From: Hormiphora californensis
Lineage: Eukaryota > Animalia > Ctenophora
NCBI GenBank assembly: GCA_020137815.1
Contig: CM035355.1
Coordinates: forward strand, 3,348,001-3,412,000
Length of the DNA: 64,000 bases
Reading direction: 5' to 3'
Part shown: in pieces, positions 1-10,855 of the stretch
How positions within the stretch are numbered: the stretch's first letter is position 1
How the letters are laid out: every line of letters begins with the position of its first letter
Position numbers and translations under genes: made by a program
Notes under the pieces: generated by a model
What the model was told of the DNA's origin: nothing
Seen by the model: only the letters and a program-made list of their open reading frames with translations
Database searches by the model: none

Positions 1-222
1 CCTTTCTCAAATACCAAATCACCCTTTCTCAAATACCAAATCACCCTTTCTCAAATACCAGATCACCCTTTTTTCCCAAAAACCCGATCACCCCTTTTTC
101 CCAAAAACAATCACCTTTCTCAAAACCAAAATTTTTAAAACCCATTTCTCAAATACCAGAGCACCCTTTCTCAAATACCAGATCACCCTTTCTCAAATAC
201 CAGATCACCCATTTCTCAAATA
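1..222. repeat. Tandem repeat, ~22-bp unit (CCTTTCTCAAATACCA[A/G]ATCAC)
   Basis: Roughly ten head-to-tail, partly degenerate copies at the window start. Confidence 0.85.
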
Positions 223-297
223 GTACAGTCATCAGTTCACCCCTCAACCTGGTTGTAGGGAGGCGGGCACCCTCAGGGCAAAGCACACGCTCCCGCC

Positions 298-800
298 ACA
301 CACACACACTACTCTCTCTCCCTTCTCTCTCTCTCTCTCTCTCTCTCCCTTCTCTCTCTCTCTCTTTTTTTCCTCTTTTCCCTTTTCTCCCTCCTCTCTC
401 TCTTCTCCTCTCTTTTCTCTCCCTTCTCTCTCTCTCCTTTCTCCTCTCTCTCTCCCCCCCCCCCTCTTTTCTACTTCCTCTCTCTCCCTTCCCTTTCTTC
501 TTCTCTTTTTCCCCCCTTTCCCCTTCTTTTTCCTTTGTAATTTAAGAGGGGACCCCCAATTAAAATGGAGGACAGGTTTGTGCCTTGTTCGAGCCCCACA
601 CACCAAAGCCAGTAGCCCCCCACTACAATGAGGGAAAAAAAATAACCCAACAGAGGGAAAAAGGGGGGGAGAGAGAGAGAGAGATTAGAGAGGGGGAGGA
701 GAGAGGAGAGAGAGGGGGAGAGAGGAGAGGGGGGGGGAAGGGGTAGAGGAATTTGGGGAAAAGGGGGGAAAATAAAAAAAAACGAGAGGAAAAAAAAGAA
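298..800. repeat. Low-complexity CT-rich tract followed by a GA-rich tract
   Basis: (CA)n/(CT)n runs at 298-535 and (GA)/G/A runs at 630-800. Irregular homopolymers suggest poor consensus quality. Confidence 0.8.
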
Positions 801-1129
801 ATTTTGTTCCCCAAAGGGTTGAAAGGATTTAATGTCAAGTTTTACACGGGGGTGGTACCTAATTGACAGGGATCGTGTGTGTAAACTGAATGTGCTCCGG
901 CAGCTCCGTATGGATATAATAGTCCTACTCATAACATATATCTTTTTATTTATGACTTATTTATCAAAGTCTGTCCAATAGTATAACACTAATACGTGAC
1001 AGTACCAATAGAGGCTCTTGTGAGAGTTTTGACGGTAAGTGAAGATAGATCCTTTAAAAGTTATTTTTTTGGGGGGGGAAGTGTGTGGGGGGGGTTTAAA
1101 AAAAGTTTGGGCCCCCCCCGGGGGGGGGG

Positions 1130-1580
1130 GGGTGTGTAGAAGAGCAGGTAGAAGGAGAGACAAGTGCAGTTGAATTTCACTGGGGTGTGTGAGAGCAGAA
1201 CAGGAAGTGAATAGACGGTTAGAGAATGAGTGTAGAAAAAGTAATTGGACTAGGGTGTGTAGAAGAGCAGGTAGAGGGAGGGGACAAGGTGTTGAATTTT
1301 ACTGGGGTGTGTAGAAGAGCAGGTAGAGGGAAGGGAGAGACAAGTGCAGTTGAATTTGACTGGGGTGTGTAGAAGAGCAGGTAGAGGGAAGGGAGAGACA
1401 AGTCAGTTGAATTTGACTGGGGTGTGTAGAAGAGCAGGTAGAGGGAGAGAAAAGTGCAGTTGAATTTGACTGGGGTGTGTAGAAGAGCAGGTAGAGGGAG
1501 GGGACAAGTGCAGTTGAATTTGACTGGGGTGTGTGGAAGAGCAGGTAGAGGGGGGACAAGTGCAGTTGAATTTGACTGGG
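1130..1580. repeat. Minisatellite, ~58-60-bp unit (GGGGTGTGTAGAAGAGCAGGTAGAGGG...ACAAGTGCAGTTGAATTTGACT)
   Basis: About 7 contiguous copies with no unique spacers. Confidence 0.9.
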
Positions 1581-1829
1581 GCTGAATTATATTCAATACA
1601 ATGAGTTGCTGTGAAAGTAATCAAACTTCTTCTGACGCGAGCCCTCCTAGATTGAGTGCACCCCGGGGCCCGGACAAAGGGAGTGCAATCACACATGATT
1701 AACTGCACACAAAGAGATTGGTCGGCATCATAAAGAGGCCAGGAATAGTCTGCTTTTTTTTATTTATTAGAAAGACTTTCTCAGAAAGTACAAGAGTTGA
1801 ATTCTAATATCATGCCTCGTCGTGACTTA

Positions 1830-4150
1830 CAATTCCGTATGAAAAGGGTAGAGTGATGTAGTTGTTACTTGGGCCACCCATTACAATCCCCATTTCCTCC
1901 CTGTCCTCTTTGTCGCTAAGATCAACTGTTCGGTCCCTGAGAAATAGAGCATGATAACGTTCTACAGCGTGGTACTACAAGAGTACTATGGAATCCAAAG
2001 ATAGCTGCAGGGTAACCATGGTAACAACTAACAAAGAGGAGACTACAGTAAGAGCTAACGGTAATAGTAAGACGAGGTAAGACGTAACTATGGTAATCGA
2101 CATGGTAACCACAGTAACCGACAAGGTAACCACAGTAATCGACAAGGTAACCACAGTAACCGACATGGTAACCACAGTAATCGACAAGGTAACCACAGTA
2201 ACCGACAAGGTAACTTACGCTGAACTAGTTCCCACATAGACACACATGGGATATTTGTAAAAATCAATTTCATCATCTTTTTTCTCCTCATCCCTCTTAT
2301 CCTTTCCCGGCTCCTTCTTTTCCTTCATCTCCGTGACACAAGTATCATTGAGAAGGTAGAGTCCCGCTTCCGAGCCCTTGAGGCTCCATTGAAACACTGC
2401 CCTTCCGCTCCCTCTGTAGAGTGAGAGAGAGTTATTGAGCTGTCAAATACACATGATATACATTAATTAACACGTCATGGTGGTGTGACTTCTCAAGATC
2501 AATAATTTAATTTGGATGTGACACTAACGTGAGGTTGTAGAGTGGTCCACCGATGGCGTATGCCTCAAGATGAATAATCTCGCCCCATCCAATAAATCGG
2601 CCGAAGGATTGGTACTCCACCACCTGAGCGTATGAACTGCTCCCCGGATCGGGCACACTGTCATTATCATCTGGTAGGGGGGGGGGATGAGTTATTCTCG
2701 TGGAAGCTTCATCTCTTTCTCTCTTCTATAAAACATCTCTCTTGCTTACAATACAGTAGGGCAAAACCAATTGTGATATTGTTGACAAACTATTACCTTG
2801 TAGTGTTTGCTCGGACGTTGTCTTGTTCTTCTGGAACTGCATCATGTCGTGTGGTGGGATGGTTTTCTTGAACTGAGAAGGTGACATTCCAGCCATCTTT
2901 GGGTCTTTCTTTACCATCTCTTCAAACTGCTCCTTGGCGTATTTGCAGAAAGCTTCCATGTCGGTGTAGAAGATGGTACATTTGTAAGTTCCAATGTCGC
3001 TACTGGATCCTGCATCAGCATTTAGAAAACCATGGAAAATGAGCGACCCTCTCTTGTATGCTGCACAGAAAATAGAAAACGGTTAGAGAAGGTTACGAAA
3101 TAGCCACGTGGAGGAGCAAAAAAAAGGTTTTGTAAAATGTTTAGATCTAAACAACAAATACAATTGACTTACATCCAACGTTATAGTCGATGGGAAAGAC
3201 CCTGTGTGTCGGCACGAAATCTTTATCATCTTTGGTCCACCCAAACTCAGGGAGTGGATACCAGTCTGTTGGCATCTCCTTGGCACCATTACATTTCAAC
3301 TCATTTACGTATGATTTAGAGATGGACATAGGCACTTTGGTGTCCGAGGAAGGCGTCGCGGATAGGTCACTTTCCTTGATAACTGAAAATAGATTGGTCA
3401 GTCCCAACTGGCTCAGTGAGCTGCATTTGCTGCACCAGTGTAATAACTAATTTTCTGAGAGGCACAACACCATATATGGACATCACGTGATTACTTACCG
3501 ACTTTCTTGACAGCGACTGTGTTACTACGTAGAAGCTGGGTATCACCATTTGCATCTTTAACGTTTGCGACACAGTAGTACACAATGTCCTCAGTGACTG
3601 AATCAACAACCAAAGTATCATTAGTCGCATCACTGTGAGTTACCGCCTTGAAGTCTGCTACTTCCTGGGATATACTTCAGTTACTATAACATAGTACAGG
3701 TGAACAGATCTCAACCCAGATCTAGCACTACACCATGCCCCACTCTGCCCAGATTTGAAGGTGCAATTGGAACTTTTGTCTCGTCTGGAAAGGCCCTAAT
3801 ACGACATCACCCGCACCGACAACTTACCCCTTTTCCAGATTTGAAGGTATATGACGTCACTTCGGTGGGATAAAGGAGACCGCTAACAACGCACACCATA
3901 TTGATCCCCCCGGAAACAACTTCACACGCCAGTTGACCAGTTGCCTCAATGGGATAGGCATACCAATCGTCTTTACAGAACATTGTCACCTCTGAAAGAT
4001 AATATGTTTAGTTCAGAACTTATCTCATATAAAGTCAAATCGTAAAGCAACTACATGACACATACCTAAGTTGTTGCATCGACCACATGTTGCCTGTGTA
4101 GTTCCGGCAAGGACCGCGGCGGTAACCAGCACCACAAGTAACTCTCTCAT
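1830..4150 (-). CDS. Secreted/cell-surface immunoglobulin-superfamily protein (multi-exon; 3' end unresolved, probably continues below 1830)
   Basis: ATG at 4150 gives a signal peptide MRELLVVLVTAAVLAG. GT-AG exons at ~4067-4150, 3829-3992, 3499-3664, 3172-3430, 2797-3062, 2528-2672, 2218-2415 and 1830-1937. Ig motifs: MVCVVSG...IVYYCVANV and ELKCNG...PLPEFGWTKD...DIGTYKCTI. Confidence 0.75.
2075..2215. repeat. Intronic 21-bp tandem repeat (GGTAACCACAGTAA[C/T]CGACA[A/T])
   Basis: About 6 copies abutting a splice donor of the Ig gene. Confidence 0.85.
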
Positions 4151-5064
4151 GACAAACAAACAACGATACTGACCAGCTGACACATCTTATACCCGAGATC
4201 TGTTGCGGGGGCGGAACCGCTTACACTGTGTCAGCCCATTCGAATAGTATTGAAGAAGCCACGAGGATATTTGTGCAAGCCGATCTAAGGTAAACCATAG
4301 CCCATAATGTCGAAAGGGGGTTTCTTCATGGACCCTGCTCGCCGGTGGGTTCAACCAGTTTGCCCTGGCGGCTGGCTTGAGGCTATTATTGATGCCTGTG
4401 AATTCATTTATTTTGAGGGTCGAGACGGCCGACGGGGTAGGGATCGATCTGGATTCTGGGATACCCGTAAAGGTTTGGCTAGTAGGGGGTGCAATTAGGT
4501 ACCTAAGTTACCAGAGATGAATTTCTCAAAGTTGGTACTGTTTGGTCGTGGCTTGCCTTCCTTGAACCTGTTTCTCCTGGTTAGGACAAGTCGTGACCTA
4601 CTCTGCATGCTAGCTGTACGCTGTAGTCCCCTGTGTATCAGGTCAGCCGCCAGGGTGACCGTCAATTCAAGTTGACCGTGTAGGTCCAAATAAGGCACAG
4701 ATATTTTCAAGACGAATCCACCACAGCCGGAATTAGCTTTCTATCTCATTGGGAGGTGTCGAGTCTGGCACCTTTATTTTTAGTCATTTTTCGGATAAGA
4801 AGCGGTGAGAGGCCAAAATTTAAAATTCCAACATTCATTTATTGAATTATTGGGAAATGTCAACGACCGGTGGACTTGAATGAATGAATGAATGAACATC
4901 ACAATTTGTATTAGAGTCATTAACAGACCCTTCCCGCTCTTACACTATAGACATATTATATAGTTAAATATATATATCCTACAAGGCCGAGAGGCTAAGA
5001 GCATCGGCAGTTACCTAAAGCGGGGTAACATATAGAAACAGTCCGATTGATAAAGTTCAGTTCG

Positions 5065-6087
5065 CTATCCAACTTGGATCACATTGTTTCTGATATAATA
5101 ATTGCCACCTGGATCATCTGTACGAACCCGTTTCAAGGTGGCTAGCAGAACTTTTCGCTCCTTTAGTTGGGAGGGGTTAAGATCTGGCGACAGAAATACG
5201 GTAGAGTGTTTTTTGGATTCTTTGAGCTGCCGTGCCTTCCTCAGCAGCGCCAAAAGGGTTGCTCTCTTCTCAAGAGATACCAAGAGCGGCCTAGGGCGTT
5301 CCTCGTTTCTCTCACCGATACGTTTCATGTTGGCAACTTTCGGTTTCTCGTTCAATATTTCAAATAGCTCATCCAGATTGGCTCTAGTATCATTCTCAGT
5401 TGTTTCTGGGAGCCCAAATATTACCAAGTTCTTCTCTCGGTTTGCCTGGGCTACTACTGTAGCAGGAGGTTTAGAAGTTGGTGGCTTAGGAGGAGTTGGC
5501 AGCTTTTTCGCCACAGGGGAGGATGCAGCATAGTTTTGAGCCAGGACTGTCGAGTAGGCTTTCACCTTCTGCACTGATGTTTCCACTGAGTTCAGTTGTT
5601 CCTTCTGAACATTTATGACCGTTTGTTCCAGTTCAATGACCAACACACGATTTCGTTCAAGCTCTTCTTTGCACGTAGAGAGTTGCTTTTCGAGTTTCTC
5701 TGCAGTGATCACTGTATTCAAGTTGTTCATGGCTGCTTGCGCAAGTTTAGCACTGGACATAAAGAGACGGGTGGTGACATCAATAACTTGATTTGGAGTA
5801 AGGTCCTTAAGACGATGTTTGAAGAATGTCCCCATGTGATTTTCGGGTGGGTCCGAGCAATCAGGGGTAAACGCCCTCGCAGGTGCATATTTGATAGAAT
5901 TATAGCACTGACTAACGTTCTCGGGTGTGATACGTATCTGTTCGGGAACAGCAGCCCAATGCAGCCGTTCAACTCCCAAAACAAAGTCATCAACGGATTC
6001 GATCAGTTGTTTTATCTTTGGATTATCGCCCTCGTACGGTAAGCGTAGTATATTATCCAATCGTTTGTCTTCGAACATCGGCTTCAT
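5065..6087 (-). CDS. LINE ORF1p-like protein (coiled coil + RRM-like + CTD; L1TD1/transposase_22-like), intronless, 340 aa
   Basis: Heptad-rich segment (LEKQLSTCKEELERNRVLVIELEQ), then the ORF1p motifs NREKNLVIFGLPE, RIGERNEERPRPLLVSL and VFLSPDLNPSQLKERKVL...YYIRNNVI. Confidence 0.85.
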   Translation of the reverse strand: MKPMFEDKRLDNILRLPYEGDNPKIKQLIESVDDFVLGVERLHWAAVPEQIRITPENVSQCYNSIKYAPARAFTPDCSDPPENHMGTFFKHRLKDLTPNQVIDVTTRLFMSSAKLAQAAMNNLNTVITAEKLEKQLSTCKEELERNRVLVIELEQTVINVQKEQLNSVETSVQKVKAYSTVLAQNYAASSPVAKKLPTPPKPPTSKPPATVVAQANREKNLVIFGLPETTENDTRANLDELFEILNEKPKVANMKRIGERNEERPRPLLVSLEKRATLLALLRKARQLKESKKHSTVFLSPDLNPSQLKERKVLLATLKRVRTDDPGGNYYIRNNVIQVG

Positions 6088-6142
6088 TATCAGCGTTTCA
6101 CTTTTCTGCCCTTTGGGGCGGTCACATCACCATATCTACCTG

Positions 6143-6178
6143 CTCAAATTAATTTGTTTAAAGTAGTGTTGAAAAGTT
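6143..6178 (-). other. Genomic copy of a ctenophore spliced-leader (SL) exon-like sequence: AACTTTTCAACACTACTTTAAACAAATTAATTTGAG
   Basis: 36-nt sequence read directly, 55 nt upstream of the ORF1 ATG. It matches my recollection of published cydippid SL sequences (ending ...AATTTGAG). It is followed by CAGG, not by a GT donor, so it is not a canonical SL RNA gene. Confidence 0.75.
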
Positions 6179-6363
6179 CAGCAGAACTCTGAAGCAACTC
6201 GCAACCAAGAAATCGCGGAAAACTGGCTATACCTACCAGGAGTGTATTCGATACCTCCGTGTTCGTCTATCATTTTCAATGGTTCGCTCCATAACTTGTT
6301 CTATTCGGGGTTACAGAGGAAGGAACAAGAATGATGGCTCTTCATCAGATCTGTACCATACAT

Positions 6364-6511
6364 GAGGCCCCTCGGAAATGTTCAAGTCATGCACAATCAA
6401 GTCACGCCCACCAATCACAGCTCAGAACGCGCGGAGTGCTTCGCGCGTTCTGCGCTGTGATTGGTGGGCGTGACTTGATTGTGCATGACTTGAACATTTC
6501 CGAGGGGCCTC
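6364..6511. mobile_element. Palindromic MITE (~148 bp), AT-flanked (ISL2EU/Harbinger-related, tentative)
   Basis: GAGGCCCCTCGGAAATGTTCAAGTCATGCACAATC... is paired with its near-perfect reverse complement. AT on both sides. Confidence 0.7.
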
Positions 6512-6971
6512 ATACTAGTCTTTAACTGTTGCATGTATTTTATGTGATTTTCTTCGTGTAGCCAGTCAGGCAAAAACAATTTATATATACTATTATTGAC
6601 ATTGTTAGGCCAGATGCATGTGGCTTCTTTTATTACAATTTTTGCTCAGTTTTAAAGTCCGTTTCAAGCGACTTGACCCGTAATTCTTGGAATTTGGCGA
6701 ATTGCGCGTGTATTTACAAAGGGGAAATCCTGAATTTCAAGGAATCTCAGCTCAAGTCGTTATTATTGGGAAATACCGGAAAGTATTGTACTCGGCGAGC
6801 TTAAACTGTTTACGTTGCATTTTGACGCGCGCCGCGCTTTTCATTGTAAATGCAATTTTTAAAATAAAAAATCAGCTCAACTTTTTTCAAACGTTATTTT
6901 TAGCATGAATTTAGGAATCCCATATAAAATTGAACTATTCCAGAAAGGCTGCGGAATGTTCTAACACCAAC

Positions 6972-9900
6972 ATGGACAACCTCGCACGAGCCGTTAGTTC
7001 GCCGAAACAAGAAGCTCCAAAACCCGGTGAAGATGGCAGTTCCCCTCCGGGTGCAGTTGTGGAGAGCAGTTTGGTGAGGTTGGAAGGAGTAACCAAGAAA
7101 GCTGAGACTGGGCTAGTGTTTTACAGGTTAGAACCTTCCCTACGTTTACCACCTTTTTCAGTTACATCTTATCTTGGTAATAAATTTCGAATTCAGATTC
7201 ACTAATAATTATTTTCTGACAGGACATGTTATGTAGATGACAACCGGTTTGTTGTCAACCAGAACGCCTTGATAGAACACCAGGGGAAGGTGAGGATTGG
7301 GAACATCCTCAAGTTTTACTGCCGCACTGTTGGAAATGAGCGAGTTTTGGTGCGATGGTATTTCAAGGATGAAGACCTTGATAAACCTCAGCAGAGTGTA
7401 CCCCATGAGATTTACCTGACCTGTTACACTAGTAAACTATCAGTTAGGAGTCTTGTTAGGCTGGTTCACCTTATCGTGGTGGTCAATAAAGATGAAATTC
7501 CGGATTCTGCTCCAACCGATGTTTTTTATGGGTACAGGTATACAATGATGAAGCTAACTTGTTTCTTTTTTAACGGCTGTTTTTGGTATTTAGACTGTGA
7601 TAGATCAGATCTAATATAATGTCATTCTTTAGGTACTTTGACCACGACTCAAAACAACTTTTGGAACACTCTGGTCAGCCTACCTTTACTAAAACAATGC
7701 CCCTACCCTCGGACAACGTCCAGGGCTCCTCAATGAGCCTGAACGAGGCTGAGGTGGAGAAGACCATCCAGTTTAGCATGCCCTTCACTGATAAGGATCG
7801 AACTTTTTACAAGTAAGTCCAACCACGTTTCAGATCTGAAGAAGGTACTCATCAAATTGTTATAACTATTCAGGCTAGGTGCTATCAGCCAGAATACAAT
7901 CGTTGATAACACCTCCCCTCTAGAATGTGTTCAGTGGGGCACGAAAGATATAAAATTGGTGATTTCGTCCTTCTACGTCAGCGAGATGACTCTTCAATTC
8001 GACGGATCATCCGTTTCAGTTATGATCATGATCAGAGACCCGTAGCTCTTGGCCAACTGATTTATTTTCCTAGCGAGGTATTTTGGTTAGGGATGGGGAT
8101 GGAGAACCACCATTGGTGGTATAATTTTCTGTAGTAGCAGGCAAGCAGTACAGCTTGTGGTTCTGCCGCAGTTTCTAACTTATACTCTCTCTCTCTCTCT
8201 CTCCAGGTAACGCTCCAGCCGAAGGACCGATCCCTGCTGCACCCCCAGGAGGTAGTTGTCAGTAACTGGAAACGAATCCTCCTCGTTACGAGTATCCAGA
8301 AACGGTTAACGGTCATAAACCAGAACATATTTGAACCTATAGTACCAAGTAATAGGGTGTGTTTGTATCTGAAACGGTACTACGATCCATTCCAATATCA
8401 GGTGAGAGGAGGATGGTTATTGGTTTGTCTCTCTTTATTTTTATTTCACAATTTATAAATCTCTTTTTCTGTCGTCTCCCCATCTACCTGATCAACCTGA
8501 CAACGCCTTTCTACCTCAATCCTTCCCCAGATAAGTCCCCTGTTGGAACCTTTGACAAGATCTGATTTCTCTATTGTCCCTGCGCCCCTAAAACCCTGTC
8601 TTCACACTGCAGTTCTTAGCAATCCAGTTGAGGAGGGTGAAAAGAACTCGTTTGTGTAAGTAGGACAAAAAACAACAAATAGAACTTTGGTGTAACCTTG
8701 TTCATACCGCATTGCTCATACCGCATTGCTCATACCGCATTTTACTTCATAAATCGTTCGGTAGATCAAGTGTAACCGACCCGGTAAAATAATTAGCATG
8801 GTCACCCTCATCCCCAATCCAACACCCTCCTCCCTATTCAGGACGTGCAAAGTTGGTCATGAGGTATTTCGGATGGGAGATTATGTAACCCTTCAAGCGG
8901 GTAGTGCAGCAGTGCGAGTACTGGAGTTGTACCACCTTTATGGGACAGCCGTCATGAAGTGTAACAAACTTTTTACCCTGGTTAGTTTTTGTTAGTTGTT
9001 AGTTTTCATCTTGGTTGTTATGGTAACGGTTCAATTCCGATCGTCTGTAGCTATGGAGATTGGAGACACAGATATCACTGTAACTCCAAAGATATAAACT
9101 AACCCAGATCTCTCCCTATTAGAAAAGTGTCCCATCAAACCTGCGGCCTCTCCTCAGCTCCAGCCTCATCTTCAGCTCTGTCGTCTACACGGATGTGCCC
9201 TGTAGCCTCTTTTTTGAAAGGATCAATGTTGTATTTAGCAGGGACAAAGTGACAGACTCCGGGACCTTTTTGGCCGGTGATTACATGGATTTTGAGAACA
9301 AACAAGTTTACAGGTAAACACAAGGCAGTACTGGCAGTACTGGCACTAAATTTAGAAATTCAATATGTGTTCGAATGGACAATTTGTATTATTTTCAGTT
9401 TGGAGGGCGGTACTGACTCACTCGGTGTGAGAGATATCCCTAGACCGGGTAAAAATCTCTCCAGCACGGACACCACCAGCGTCTCATCCCCTAAAGTTGC
9501 TGAATCCAAAAAGCGGAAACCCTCGACCCCTGCTCAACCTGATGGAGTCAGGAGACAGGCCGAAAATTCCAAGGTAAGAGTACTATTTTTGGGGTATTTT
9601 TGTATTTGAAAACCAGTAAAATAAACCATGACTTCAATTTACAGCTTAGTAATTTTAAAAAGATATTTCTAAAACACATAATATCTTATCTCCCAGAAGC
9701 AGCCGAGAAGCAGTGAATCATCCTCCCCGTCCATCACCCGAACTGTGGAACAGCAGAAGCGCAGGAAATTAGATCCACCCTCGTCCACAGTAGTAGTTGA
9801 ACCACGACAGAAAACAACTTATGATAAGATGAAGGCTGCCCTTCAGCACCAACCACCCTCAGAACCAGCAAGGAGTAACATCTTTCAGACGCTCACCAAG

Positions 9901-10796
9901 AATGCCAGTCCCACACACTGCCCGCAACAACAGAGTGGGGCTGTTAAAAGTGTGGTGGATAAAGTTGGTAATACCTCATCGAGGGTAGTGAATCCTGATA
10001 CCATTGCAGTTGGTGGTGTAGTAAGTGCGGGGGAGGCATCTAAACAGTCGAAGAAGCAACACGAATCAGGAAAGAAAGACCAAGAGAAGTCTGCTGGGAC
10101 GGGGTCCAGTCCAAGAATTGTCGATGAGCGACCAAACCAAAAACCAGTGCAAAACTTAGCAGCAGCAGTAGCTCCGAACCAAAATACAAACAGTTCAACA
10201 TCGGACGGGAACTCCAGCGTTAAGATAATATCTACAGAAGCTTCTACTGTTACTCCTTCTGCTGTTACACCAGTGGTTATCATGGATACAGATTCTACTA
10301 GCATTACCATAGCAACGGAAACGTTACCCATGGTAACGATAACTCCAGGAACCACCAGCACTACACTGTCTACCGATGCTGGTGTTTCTATTGTTATTGG
10401 AAGTAGTGATGAAGTGGCTGGGGCTACTAATGGGGCACCATTTGTACCAACCATCATATCTAGTACCAATGTTGATGAGGCTACAAAAGAGGTAAAATAT
10501 CTATATCTAATCAGTCTTTTATTCCGAGTTTAAACATTGCTGTTCCACGACCCTTATCCTACTTTGCTATTACCTATTAGTCTACTAGCACATCTTATAT
10601 TTTATATCTCTAATCTCCAGGCAGCAGTACCGGTGTCAGTTTCCCACGAATCTGACGGAACGATAACTATCTCCACTGGAGAGGATACTGAAACAGTTGA
10701 GAGCAAATTGGAGGATGCGTATCAGAAGGATGGCTCTACTTTCTACAGGTAAACCCCTGGTCTGTCTATCTGTCTGTCGGTATGTCTGTCTGTATA

Positions 10797-10855
<59 letters not shown>

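Larger units (their letters stand above)
4830..6225 (-). mobile_element. ORF1-only non-LTR retroelement (CR1/L2-type) with a spliced-leader-like sequence in its 5' UTR
   Basis: Contains intact ORF 5065-6087. The short 3' region has (TTCA)n at 4878-4895 and ends AATAAATGAATG at ~4831-4842 (minus strand), like L2/CR1 tails. No ORF2/RT follows. No TSD found, so the ends are approximate. Confidence 0.6.

Noticed and set aside
244-1163. ORFs of 68-153 aa (ER-rich, SL/P-rich)
   Set aside because: They are translations of low-complexity, apparently error-prone sequence. Short real exons of the Ig gene may hide here (~250-300, 560-625, 840-930, 960-1050) but could not be phased.
1130-1580. Regular ~60-bp repeats resembling a CRISPR array
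   Set aside because: The units are contiguous with no unique spacers, there are no cas genes, and the context is eukaryotic. It is a minisatellite.
4260-4830. Possible ORF2/RT remnant downstream of ORF1
   Set aside because: Only short open frames, with no endonuclease or RT motifs recognisable by eye. TBLASTN would be decisive.
6143-6178. SL RNA gene
   Set aside because: The leader is not followed directly by a GT donor, and no Sm-binding site is evident. It runs into a UTR and ORF like a spliced product.
9885-10469. Antisense ORFs opposite BAH exons (also 12280-12867) and opposite ORF1 (5102-6042)
   Set aside because: Shadow frames of real coding sequence.
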